This document shows positions 39,398 to 51,752 of a stretch of 64,000 bases of DNA, one piece after another. The notes beneath the pieces were generated by a model. That model worked only from the letters and a program-made list of their open reading frames with translations, searched no databases and was not told where the DNA came from. The stretch is taken from assembly GCA_951406725.2 (NCBI GenBank), contig OX597828.1:57040001-57104000 (forward strand). Reading direction: 5' to 3'. The stretch's first letter is position 1; each line of letters starts with the position of its first letter. The translations under genes and the position numbers were made by a program. The DNA is from Octopus vulgaris (Eukaryota).

Positions 39398-40492
39398 TTA
39401 CATCAGTAAGCCAAAAATTATTATGAGTAGCAGAGACATAATAGTTACTGAGAAAAATATGTATTTCTTTCCACCACGAATCATACGTTTAAAAACATCA
39501 GCAAATTTTCCTTGTGTATTTTCTTCATCTGGGCTTTCTCGGATACATGTTTTACGTTGTGAAGTGCTTGGTTCAGGACTGATTTTTGTTATTTTGACTT
39601 TATTGGTAGAAATTATCGAGGCAAAACATGAAAACCCACTGATGGTTGTCAGAAATAAGAGATACACTAGATATATAGAGAAAGTTCGAGAATTATTAGA
39701 CATTAGTTGAGACGCTTCAGAAAGAAGAACAATATTTGAGAGAAATAGTGTAACTGCATATGAAACTTTCTCTCCGGATTCAGCAGGCAATAAATAGACA
39801 GCTAATATCAGTATTGTCAACATTATTACGGGTATAACTTTTGTTACTGTTACTAATGTGATTTTTCTTTTCGCTCGAATTACTGCGGTAGCTGTGAAGT
39901 TACTTTCTGTAGAATTTGGCAAAAGAAACTCCCATTCATGGAATTCATTTTGAGGCCTTAAGTTGTATGTACAGCTACTAATCACGGCTTCTGATCTTGT
40001 CTTCTCTTCCATGCAAATTTCTAAATGACACATGTGCGCATCAAAAGGATATTTCTCCATATTGATCTTGCAGTATGTATCGAAAATTTTCTCTGTGTAT
40101 AAAAACACGATTCCATCATGTCGTACAGTAACTTTTTTATCCTCATCAAATTTTGATTTTCCTGTTACACTGTTACATATCTGAATGATTGGATGCCAAA
40201 TTGCGTTTGCTTTGATAGTTACCCTGCTTATATTACCCTTTAATGTTTTATTCCACGCAAGATTAATATCGTGCCATTTTGCTCCAAGAACAAGATTACT
40301 TGTTAGTACACCTTTTGAAATATCTAATTCAATAATCTCCCTTATGTCCAGGGACACATTTATCTTTAAGTTGCCAAAATTGTCGTTCATATATGTCACA
40401 AGGTCAGCGTAATTTCTGAATTCATCATTAAACAAAGTATTGTTTGACAGAACTGTCTCCGTTAACATAAAAAAGATTATCAATTTCATCAT
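39398..40492 (-). CDS. Chemotactile-receptor-like Cys-loop channel subunit, 364 aa, uninterrupted CDS
   Basis: Signal peptide; WHPIIQICN; Cys-loop CKINMEKYPFDAHMC; KRK pre-M1; PAESGEKVSYAVTLFLSN; 4 TM segments. The start could be the first or second Met. Confidence 0.95.
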   Translation of the reverse strand: MMKLIIFFMLTETVLSNNTLFNDEFRNYADLVTYMNDNFGNLKINVSLDIREIIELDISKGVLTSNLVLGAKWHDINLAWNKTLKGNISRVTIKANAIWHPIIQICNSVTGKSKFDEDKKVTVRHDGIVFLYTEKIFDTYCKINMEKYPFDAHMCHLEICMEEKTRSEAVISSCTYNLRPQNEFHEWEFLLPNSTESNFTATAVIRAKRKITLVTVTKVIPVIMLTILILAVYLLPAESGEKVSYAVTLFLSNIVLLSEASQLMSNNSRTFSIYLVYLLFLTTISGFSCFASIISTNKVKITKISPEPSTSQRKTCIRESPDEENTQGKFADVFKRMIRGGKKYIFFSVTIMSLLLIIIFGLLM

Positions 40493-40726
40493 CCAAAATT
40501 TGCTGGAGTCGTTCCCTTCACTCTACTTTTCTTGCCGATTTAGATAACAATTTAGAGGGATAAAATAATTTTTTGAGACAGACAGGTTAAATCTTCTTTT
40601 TCACTGTAGACTTATAAATTTCGCACGCTCAAGGAATTGTAAAAATACTGAAGTAAATACAGCAACGGTTTATTATACATATAACAGTGATTCCGTGAGT
40701 GTATGAGGGAGCTTTTGTGTGTGTAT

Positions 40727-40798
<72 letters not shown>

Positions 40799-40880
40799 GT
40801 GTGTTTGTGTGCAGTATGCTTGCGTGTGCGTATACATGCGTGTACATATATGTACATTAACTGGATGTTATTTAACAATT

Positions 40881-40912
40881 TGAATATCAGTAACTTTAGT
40901 TATTAGCCAGGT
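40881..40912 (-). promoter_or_regulatory. Conserved upstream box B, copy 3
   Basis: TGAATATCAGTAACTTTAGTTATTAGCCAGGT, about 389 bp upstream of the 40492 ATG. Confidence 0.55.
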
Positions 40913-41139
40913 AATATTTACTGAACGCAGAACTGATTTCTGTCACTTGTTCCTAATTTCAATAATTTATGAGTAAATATTGCCTTCGGACATTAATTAC
41001 CACGAATTCACAATTTTTGTATTTTCATATTTGCAGATGTAATTTTCATGCATATAATATGATACACTGTTTCCTTTAAAAGAAAAATCAATACGAGATT
41101 AATTAAGTAAGGCGTAATTGTAAATACAATCCTAGTAGC

Positions 41140-41152
41140 TTATGGATCAATT
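41140..41152 (-). promoter_or_regulatory. Conserved upstream box A, copy upstream of 39398-40492
   Basis: Exact TTATGGATCAATT, about 648 bp upstream of the ATG. Confidence 0.6.
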
Positions 41153-41892
41153 CGATATATATGATGCATCACACTATCTAAACATTTGTACCTGATTTTA
41201 CCTAAAGTAATTATCACCAACTCGTATATATACATTAAACATTTATTAATCGATTCATTTATAAAGATATTAATCAAATATTGAAACAAACATTAATAAA
41301 CACGAATATAAGTTTTATATAATCGATTATTATGCTAGATGCATCATCCCCATTTGTGTGAATTTAGTATCTGTCATCTTAGGAAATACAAGACATCTTT
41401 CAGTTAATAAAGCCATACATAATGTACTGTCTAACGAAAATGTGACATGAACATGACAAGAAAGACTTCATTTATTATTCAGATTTATGAAGCCTAATAT
41501 GTGTATATTAAAACATAGAATAATATTGGGTTGGATAAACGTTAACATGATTTCAATTACTTGAAGTAATTAAAGTCATCTCGGCAATCATTCATATCAC
41601 AAATTGACCTGTGTCCTTCATCTCGCACCTAAATATAGTCATCAATAATCTTGCACCTAGTATTGAAAATCCTGCAGATATATATCTAAACGTTCTCTTA
41701 TTCTTTACAGTGACTTATTTCATCAACAAAATAGAATCTAGATGATACGATGTTACACATTTCAGTAAACGTAATTTTAAAGCAGGAATAATCTCAGAAG
41801 CACGATCGAGGGCACACGCAGTCGCATGTACGTATATTACATATTATGTGTTTGAGTGTGTGAGCATATGTGTGTGTGCGTGTTTGTGTGTG

Positions 41893-41944
<52 letters not shown>

Positions 41945-44119
41945 GTGGGTGGGTGTGTATGTGTGCGTGTGTGTGTGTTTGTGTGTCTGAATATTGGCTA
42001 TGCTTGGACAAGGTTTTCACAAAATTTATAATTTACATGAATATTCCGTGTGCGCAGAGACGAAGTTCAGGATAGCCAAAACCTGACACGACCTAACTAA
42101 TATATATTATTCGTCCCTACAATGGTAGTGAGTAGTCAGCGCAAACAAGTGTATATACATATATATACATATGTATGTGTGTATTGTTTTCAACTGAGGA
42201 GTACGACTGCCATTACATGAGACTGATGGCTGCATAACGCATGACACTACTAGTATATTTCAATATTTTAAGATTTCTAATAAATAAAACATGAAAATAG
42301 GACTAAATCGTAAATTCATTAAGTTATTCTTCTCTAAACAATGTTACAAACACGAATTATATATATATACATATATATATATACTTATATACGTAAATAT
42401 TAAGATATGTATACCAATCTATAAATTATAATGCATACTCATTGTTGACAGGAAATTTACACCAGTATCATGAAAAGAGCAGAACTACTCAACGGATAAT
42501 GTGCCGCTATACACATTTGGCCAAATCATATTTATATTTGGCAAATAACAGCTGACGCTAATCACAGGTACAGTTATACTGAAATGGATTAAACCCTGCT
42601 CATTCCAGTTTCTAATATCATAATTGCTTTGTTTTTTTTTTTAATTTCGACCTACATTAATGGATGCACATGAATATCCAGTTTAAAAAATCCCTGTTGT
42701 ACGATAGGATATAATAGTCGATAATCCGTAATATTAATGCATGCAACACACCCTATCCCCTAGTTCCCCGCCCATAACCCTAGGACTTCTTTAAACCACC
42801 TTACCAACACCGACCCTGGCACTACCAGCCCTCATCCTAATACTCCACCCAATACACTTAACCAACTAACTGATCCGGCTATATCCACCATCTAAATATG
42901 TAATGATAGCAATAGTATCACTAGACACGTGAACTATTATAAGATGTATCTCCCGGACGACTCCCTCACCAACTTAAAATGTACCAATGCTAACGCTGCA
43001 GTGGATAATGTGTATAACACCAGGTTAACTGCAGATAACCATAACACGCAAACTCCAATTTAGCATCATCCAGAATCCTATGAAGCCGTGGATGCCCCAC
43101 CTCCTGTCCCATAGATAACAGGCTCCTCACAAAAATGTTGTATATAAATGTACGGTACTAACGGATGATTCCAAAGAAGTAAATATCGGTTTGTGTAGCA
43201 CCACCTTCATTGTCAGTGTTGGTACCACAATTTAAGTTTTAAATCCCAAGAGAGAACTAACAGCACAGCTTTATCTAGGTTCATTCATAGCCTAAAACAC
43301 AAATCAGGTTTATACAATTCAAAATGGTACGCCAGTATCCATGACAAACCGTATAACAAATGTGATTTCTGCATTGCAGAAGTATTATCTATTATACAAT
43401 ACAACGAATGCCTGAATGAACGGATCGACCTAATTCTTAATTGTAAACGTAAATTATGTAACCCATTCATAATGTACAAATAATAGCGCCTTCCCCAGTC
43501 GTTTCTTATCTATCCTTCTACCCCTACTTGAAGCTTCTGTATGTATTATTTTTTAGCTTCATTATATTTTCTTAACATCGTGCTCTCCCTACAACTTCTC
43601 TGCACACGAGAATATACAGGCGCGTATGCGCGCGCACAAATCTATAGGAAACTACAGACGCACAAAGAATGTGCGCGCGTGCCCACGGATAAGCGTATGT
43701 ATAGTTTTACTGTTAAGTAGTAAGCTATCACTTTACCTCATAATAATATGTTCTCTTAATGACTTGTAACTTTATCCGTCATTTCTCTCTCTTTATCCCC
43801 CCTTTCTCTATTCTCTCCAAGTAGATCCACCTTGCTTCCACTCCTAAATAAATGAAATATTCTCTGCCTTTTCTTCTCATTCTTGACAGTCCCACGTCTA
43901 AATGTCTACTCTATTCTGCTCTTTGATTTTGTTTAAATGTGTACTGTTGGCTGCGACAAGGGATTCGTATTTTACTGTTCACATTGTAAATGAACCCAAC
44001 TTAATGTTCACAACGATCAATCTAACCTAAATTACTTCCCCTTTTCTTTAATCTTCACAACTTTAGACAATACGCCACTTCCATATCTTATTCCTTCATA
44101 CAGGCGCAGCTGTGGGCAT

Positions 44120-44263
44120 ATAGGTGCAGGTATGGCTGTGAAGTAAGAAGCATGGATCTCAACCACATGGTTCCGTGTTCAGTCACACTGCGTGGCACCT
44201 TCAGCAAGTATCTTCTACTATAGCCACGGGCCGACCACCGTCTTGCGTCGCGTAGGTATTGTA

Positions 44264-44351
<88 letters not shown>

Positions 44352-44412
44352 AATGTATGAACATGTGTGCGTATACACACATACACTCACACCCACGCAC
44401 ATACATATATAC

Positions 44413-44455
<43 letters not shown>

Positions 44456-44706
44456 CATATTCATGTCTATATATGTATGTAAGTATGTGTATGTCTTTCT
44501 GTTTTTCCCACCACCGCTTGGCAACCGATGTTTGTGTGCTTGTGCCTCCGTAATGTGGCGGTTCAGCAAATGAGAACGACAGAATGAGTACCAAGATTTA
44601 AGAAAATTGGTAATTGCTACGATCAATTCATTCATTCGACTAAAAGTTTACGTCGATGCCTCAGCATGGCCTCAGTCTAATAGCTGAAATTAATAAAAGA
44701 TAAAAG
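44120..44706 (+). mobile_element. Near full-length tRNA-derived octopus SINE with internal (TA)n/(TG)n
   Basis: Head TGGCTGTG..GTAAG...AACCACATGGTTCCGTGTTCAGTC.CACTGCGTGGCACCTT; microsatellite middle; 3' half as in the other copies; (ATAAAAG)n tail. Confidence 0.8.
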
Positions 44707-45329
44707 ACCTGTTCTTATATATTTTTTCACCCCGATAGGAAACAGATGTAGACTCAATTTTACCTGTTCCATTCCCACAATTTAGATTTTTATTTGCATT
44801 CATAGCAAGCATACTTGCCAAACCTGAACTATAGAAAAATCTTTTTCAGTTCATGAAACTTTGATATGGGAAAAACCTATCACCTTTTACGCCAGTAATC
44901 TATGATTGTTCCTGAAAGTTGATTTTATTCCTACTCACAGCTTACTAAGTTCCTACACCAATATACTTGGATTTTCAGCATTAGCTTTCGAGAGAGCCAG
45001 ATACTTTTCAGTCATGTAAGACCTTATCACCAAAATGTACTCAGGATAAAATGCAATTCTGCGGATCATAGTAAATTCATTTAGGATTTGAAAGATAGGG
45101 ACATTAACTACAATATAATGTGATATATTATTAGTTACGTTCCATTGTACAATGCTGGCAATTCTATATGTAATCTTTACGAGAAATATACTATAGGACT
45201 TCCAAATTTAAATGATTAAATTGAAGAATATTTTAGGTTGAAATATTCACATAAATATTCAAAATTACTTAAATTTTTATACATGTTTCAGGCCGTGAGC
45301 TCCAGTCATGCTGGGGCACTGCCTTTATC

Positions 45330-45900
45330 TTTGCTAGACTTACACTATTTGAAACCTCCTCTAATATTGCAGCATTTGGTGAATGTAGTAGTTTGATATT
45401 GATGCCTTCATCTTCGTTCATATTGGCACACGTCATTGGAGGAAGTCGAATTTGGATTTGAAGACACCAACATCCACCCCAGATAGGCTCCTCAAACTTT
45501 GGGGGATGAAGCTGAAGAGCTGTGGAACATTGAAACCAAACTCTTGTAGTATCTGGTCATGTATCTTGAAAGCTATGCGGTGATACTATTCTGCAGTTTG
45601 AGTAACCTTCAATGCCAAAGTTTGCTACAAGTCCTTCCAGAATTTTCCTAATATATTTCTCTGAATATCTTCCAAACCTTTTATTTTCTATTTTCCCTTT
45701 ATAGCTTCTTCGTATCTCTGGTTCTTCACATTGGTTATCTTAGGACCCTAGTGCTGGAGTCTCCTTCCCCGGCAGGTAGTTCACTCATGGTTTCATGTTT
45801 GAAATTTGTGATTGGGTAGAGCAAGGAGAACATCTCTAACTCACATTAATTTCCCCATCGTTGTCATGTTTTACTTGTTTTCAAAGATAGTGCAAAGGAT
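45330..45900 (-). mobile_element. CR1/L2-group LINE RT C-terminal remnant
   Basis: Minus strand GFNVPQLFSFIPQSLRSLSGVDVGVFKSKFDFLQ, the 'GPQLFN.LP..LR...FK.KLD.FL' motif. Confidence 0.7.
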
Positions 45901-47949
45901 TGGAATGTAAAGTCTGATGAGAGCATAGGAGCGGATGAAATCTTGCTTCTTTCGTATAATCTGAGCTGTAGTCATTGTATAACCGTTGTTCAATAGTGTT
46001 CTTTAGAAATTAAGAAAATAATTAATTAGAGCACTGAAACAGACAGCAGTACTGATATAAGTTCAAAAGCCAGAAAGCACAAACTTTACTGATCAGTCAA
46101 CCATTTTATCACATTTCACAAATCCACGTGCCTAACGGCAGACAAATTCGCAATGTGTAAATTTAAAGAAGGTTATTTCTGCAACTTTATTGTGGTACGT
46201 AAAAAGTAAAACACCATACCATTAGCTAGAGATGGTTTCTTCTAAGGGTGAATACCTACGTCCGTTCAATATTATTATTTTAGGAATTAAGGTTTCTTGA
46301 ATGGTATGCTGTTCTCTACTTTGTTTCTTCAGGTTGTGATCGGGCTCTACGAAAATACTCTAACACAGGCAAGTATTTTATAGATCTTCGCAATTTTATC
46401 ATACCTTTTTTTATATGTACATATCAATAGTATATTATATCAATTTTATGTGTATATAATTGCTTTTCCTATAATCTAATAGGTATCATTTTGCGAACTT
46501 TTTTATTTTAGCCTTCAGATAACTGTATGTCTTGACTTAGAATTTCCGTCTAATCTTTCCTTATCTACTGGCGGTATCAAACGTATATATAGTAACCTGG
46601 TTTGTCTTGAGAGCGGTGTTCATTAAAGATTTCCCCTGATACACTTTCGGTTATTGCAGGAAATGGAACTTATACAGGTACAATTATACCCGTCTCGGCA
46701 TGCCAGATTGTAAATTACGGCTGCCCATAAGTATTCGTTTGTCTTTTATAGCTGCTGAAGTGGACTAAGGCTTTACAATTGAGGCAGTTGACTGCAGAGC
46801 AGTGATCAGGTTATTATACTTCAATGGACATACACGATGAGACGAATGAAGTTTATAGTAACGATGCACCATCATACGAAAGTGGAATTTTTCACTTCAT
46901 TATTTGAGTTCTTCATTTGATACTCTGTCATTTAGTACTAATAATGACTATTTTAAAGTAATATCCGGTGTAATTATTTTCTTCTTTGATTCTCTCAGCT
47001 TGTGCAAACTCAGCACAGAACGAACGCATAACTCAAAAATACGTAATGAATAATGGCTAGATTTTCCCCAACTTTGTAAGACTGCTTCCAATTTCACTCC
47101 AGTCAATATCCTGGTAACAAAAGTATTCATATTTTACTATCCTTTATAGCATATCAACATTTTTGTGTTTACTATTGAAAACTTGCATCATTGTATATTC
47201 GCCACATGATTCCCGAACTTATTATATATAGTTTATTTGCTGAAAGCAATATATGCTAAGTAGATTTGAACTTTTCTTTTATAGATGCATACATTTGGTT
47301 ATTTCAATCATTTTTACACCTGCTCTGTGTCTAATTAGTATTTAGCATTTCTTTGCTGGAGGTCACTACGAGAAATATTCTTTCAATTGTATTTGAATTT
47401 TTGAATGACAAATCTAAGTTTTAAGAACGTAAAATAATTGGAATATAAAATAAAAATTTCAACAATGCCTGGGATATTTTGTATATAGATATAGGATAGA
47501 CATTTGATAAAGCATAAAACATGTGTTATGAAAATTCATTACATATATTTAGTCCAAATTTTCCATTTTTCTGTCAATTGCCAATTACGTGTTCGGCTTG
47601 GTACAAATACCACCATATGTATACGGTTATAAACATTAGATAATAAACAACCACTGTTAAATGTCAAACAGGAGGCATTGCTGAGAAACCAGTATGTTGG
47701 TCGGTTTTGTTTCGTGACTCAATGTTATTAATGTAGGGTGAAGACAACCAGGTATATTCAATTAAACCTTTGACTTTCTTGAAAAGTTTTAGGAAGTTGA
47801 CCTTAGGTGGCTAAATCAAAATTTCTAAAACCTGATTGTTACAAGGTTATTCTCCTCCACTTCTTTATGATTGATAATCCGCTAAATTCAACATAACATC
47901 AGCTCAATATATCTGTTTGTATGTCTTTCTCTTTTTGTCTTTCTTTCAG

Positions 47950-47996
<47 letters not shown>

Positions 47997-48409
47997 CGAG
48001 GGAATCGATGCCGCAACAAGTGGTGAAATAATTCTGTAGTTGACTCAAGACCTTCCACCACGACTGTTGACATATAGTAGGTCATCCACTGATGTAGACG
48101 ACAAAATTGACACACAATAGCACTTGCTTTATTGAATCTCATCTTGACGTTTTGGGCTAGCTGCTTTTATCCTCTTCAGTGCGCGTTCCTTCTGCACTAC
48201 TCGTCCTCCCTCTTGAGCCAGATTTAATAGTTTACGGTCTCATTAGCCTCCAACAACTTTTATGCAACGTCTTTTCTGTCCTTCACAACTAGTCAAGTGA
48301 CCTGCCCATCGAGTGAAATTTCTTTCCAAAAGACCCTCTAACACCTACCTCTGAAGCAAAGCACAATAGCCATTGGTTTGCCTGTTCAAACTATTGACCG
48401 TATTTTCTG

Positions 48410-48895
48410 TTTTCCCCGTGACAGACCACGCTTGTGATATTCGACACATAACATATACCCCATACAGCCACCGTATAAACCACTTATTTTAAGAAAATAC
48501 TTTATAAATATTTTCTTTTCAATTCGAATACTTTTGCGAATAAATCTGGTCGTTGATGTGGCTGTTGATCCCAGAAAAGATGCTGTCGTGTTTTGGCCAG
48601 TTTGGTTTGCACGTCTTTGCAAAAGACGTGATGCATTTCCATATGCCATTATATACATCATGGCATCCTGAGAAGGTTCCATCATATATCTAAGACCACC
48701 AAGGAACGTTGAAGTGAGAACAAACATTTTTCCAATGTTTCAGAAAACATCATCATCATTTAATGCATCAGCTAGGCCCCAATATATAGTTGATCCAACG
48801 GTTCCTTGATTCATTCTCATAAAAGAATCTATCTTGCCCTCAATCTCAGCAGCAATATGCGCCAAGTATTGCTGAAGAAGACGTCCTCCTCTCAG
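48410..48895 (-). mobile_element. Helitron Rep (HUH endonuclease) fragment
   Basis: LRGGRLLQQYLAHIAAEIE...NQ...IY.GLADA, VLTSTFLGGLRYMMEPSQDAM.YI..YG, CVEYHKRGL (EWQKRGLPH-like). Confidence 0.85.
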
Positions 48896-48950
48896 AAGTT
48901 GATTGAACTAATTTTCGTGGTTCAAAATGCGATATGCATAGTAAAACATT

Positions 48951-49137
48951 GATCGGGTTGAACTTGAGCACACGCTCCAGCTGGGCATTATTCGTCCCTC
49001 CCTCCATGAGGCTGTAGGCAGCACCTTTACATATGTCCAGGAAGAATGTAGCTGATTTTCGACCGGTTGGAGATTTTAGACGTCTTAACACTGTCACTAT
49101 TCCGGATCACTATTCGCTCCCAAATGTGCAGATTTTT
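48951..49137 (+). mobile_element. Ty3/Gypsy LTR-retrotransposon RT fragment
   Basis: VELEHTLQLGIIRPS...APLHMSRK..ADFRPVGDFRRLNTVTIPDHYSLPNVQIF. Confidence 0.85.
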
Positions 49138-50422
49138 CGTCTGGAATCTGTGTATCACACATATTGTCCATACAACTGTAGTGTCATATTTCATTCTTCT
49201 GTGCCCTCCTATCACTCATGTACTTCGCCTTCCTTACTCTTATTCAACCGCTTCCGGTCTAAGGGAGGGTGTAGGCACAGTTGCATCCTTTGACAGCGAC
49301 TATTAAAACAAGCTCGCAGCAACACGGCGTAAAAGCGGTTAGCTGCTGACACGAAACTTTGGGACTTCGTTTTTCGTGACGAGACACCATACTGTGAAGA
49401 CATGACCTAGTTGGCTCTCGTACGACACACGCCAGCTAGCAGACATGAGGTAGTACACAGAAGATGAACATGGCCTGTATTCATCAAATTCTTTCCTTTC
49501 TTGTTCAATTGTATAATTGTATATGTTTGAGACCTCGAGTAAAGGTATTTAAAGTTACAGTTTCGTTCTATAAATTCATTGCACCATGTTCTTTTATCAA
49601 ATGATATTACAGCCTTCTGAGCGGAGTCATCATTAGATGCCTCCACAACCTGAGAACACCACCATCTAAATACTAATAATTAACTATCCTGAAATACTCA
49701 TCCCATGCTGTATATATGTCATGTGTTTGCATATGTCAGAGTATGACTGTATGTGCTTGTGTACTGAGCAACCAGGTTTGAAAAGGAAGCTAATTAGGCA
49801 TGAATTTTATTAAAATATTTCAGCATTTTTTAGTACAGAGTAGAAACATGCACACCAGCACATGCAGTATTTGGATATAATTTTTATCGAGTTTCAGCCA
49901 TACTTCGTTATTTGATTTATGTGATTTGAAGGAAGAATGTGACCGCCGGTGGTAACCGAAAAATTGTCACCGAAGCACTTATCTTCTCAAGGGAAACAAC
50001 TCTTTGATACACTTACACCATTTTAATCAACAACTACTTTTAATTTCCATATAAACATATTTAAATCATTTTCAAAATTTTTAATGATTTACTTTAATTC
50101 TTTCACTTTCTTACTTTAAATTATTCAAATCATTTTTCAATTTTTTTTGTGTAACTTTAACTATTCTCATTCTTCGAGCATATGTAACTCATCCTTTATT
50201 AAGTATTGCCGAGTTCTTCCCCTTCAAAATATTTCAGTTAGACTCTTTGGTAACAGCGTCGGTGCTTTTTTTCTTTGTGTGTGTATGTGTGTGTGCGTGT
50301 GTGTGTGCGTATGTGTAATAGTCAAATACGACAGATGGAGACAGGTATCTTGAAATGGGAAAAATTTGTATAGAATGTCGGGAAACGCTGAAAAATGGAT
50401 GGGAATTAACCCTGCTGTTATA

Positions 50423-50528
<106 letters not shown>

Positions 50529-50543
50529 ATTTATATATATATA

Positions 50544-51616
50544 ACGTCCGACGACGGAGTGTTCCTCCACACCAGGGCTGATGGTGGATTGTTCAATCTT
50601 GCGCGCCTCAGAGCTAAGACCAAAGTCCGTCAGGTGCTGATCAGAGAGATCCTCTTTGCTGACGATGCCGGCCTAACATCACACAACCAACCGGGTCTCC
50701 AGAGGCTGGTCAGCTCCCTGGCGGATGTCTGCCAAGAGTTCGGCCTTACCATCAGCCTGAAAAAGACAGAGATCATGGGCCAGGACGTCGGAGGGGTCCC
50801 CAGCATCAGTGTCGGCTACCACAGCTTGCAGGTGGTGAACGAGTTCACTTACCTGGGATCGACGGTCTCCAGCAGCCTGTCCCTCGAGCCGGAGCTGAAC
50901 AGAAGGATTGGGAAGGCTGCTGCTGCCATGGCTAAGCTCTCCAGGAGAGTGTGGGAAAACAACATGCTCACAATAACCACCAAGATCGCAGTGTACCGAG
51001 CCTGCGTGCTGAGCACCCTACTCTACGGCAGCAAGAGCTGGACAACATACACCCGGCAGGAATGCCGCCTCAGCGGCTTCCACATGCGGTGTCTTCGACG
51101 GATCCTTGGCATCTCCTGGAAGGACCGAGTGCCAAACGGAGTCATCCTGGAACAGACTAATATGCCCTCCTCGTGCAGAGACGACTGCGCTGGCTCGGAC
51201 ACGTCTGCCGCATGCAGGACGGTCGCATGCCTAAAGACATCCTGTACAGCGAACTCACCACGGGATCCCGACCCAAGGGACGTCCACAGCTACGATACAG
51301 GGACGTGTGCAAGCGCGACCTGAGGACTGCCAACATCTGTGTGGACACGTGGGAGGAAACAGCTGCTGACCGCTCTGCCTGGCGTCGGACGGTGAGGAAA
51401 GGCGTTTCCATGGCTGTGGTTGGACAGGCGGGACAGGAGGAGGACAACTGCAGCAACACCCCACACGTACCCATCGATGTTCGTGTGCAGCAACTGTACC
51501 AAGGACTGCCACTCTAGAATTGGACTGTTCAGTCACAGCAGACGCTGCACATCATCAAAGTAGGCCCCCACCCTTGGCGCAACCCATTGCCTATCAAGAC
51601 AGACGGGGAAAGATGA
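50544..51616 (+). mobile_element. RTE/BovB-type LINE, 5'-truncated, young and GC-rich, inserted in (TA)n
   Basis: [25 protein letters not shown]...ILFADD, FGLTISLKKT, FTYLGS, RIGKA, STLLYG..SWT, then after a frameshift near 51170 RLRWLGHVCRMQDGRMPKDILYSEL..G.RP.GRP.LRYRD; degenerate C2H2 tail. Confidence 0.95.
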
Positions 51617-51646
51617 TATGTATATATATATATATATATTGGTATT

Positions 51647-51752
<106 letters not shown>

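Noticed and set aside
45914-45940. CTGATGAG...GAAA hammerhead-like words
   Set aside because: No stem II or stem III pairing and no cleavage triplet.
46650-47130. Possible sixth receptor pseudogene on the minus strand (KIITPDITLK, SYDG, LYKF words)
   Set aside because: Spacing between the words does not fit the Cys-loop fold, and no C-x13-C or TM/GEK segment follows. A tblastn with the five proteins would settle it.
48146-48180. Hammerhead-like CUGAAGA...CAAAACGUC on the minus strand
   Set aside because: G12 is mutated and stem I does not pair; at most a decayed pLTR relic.
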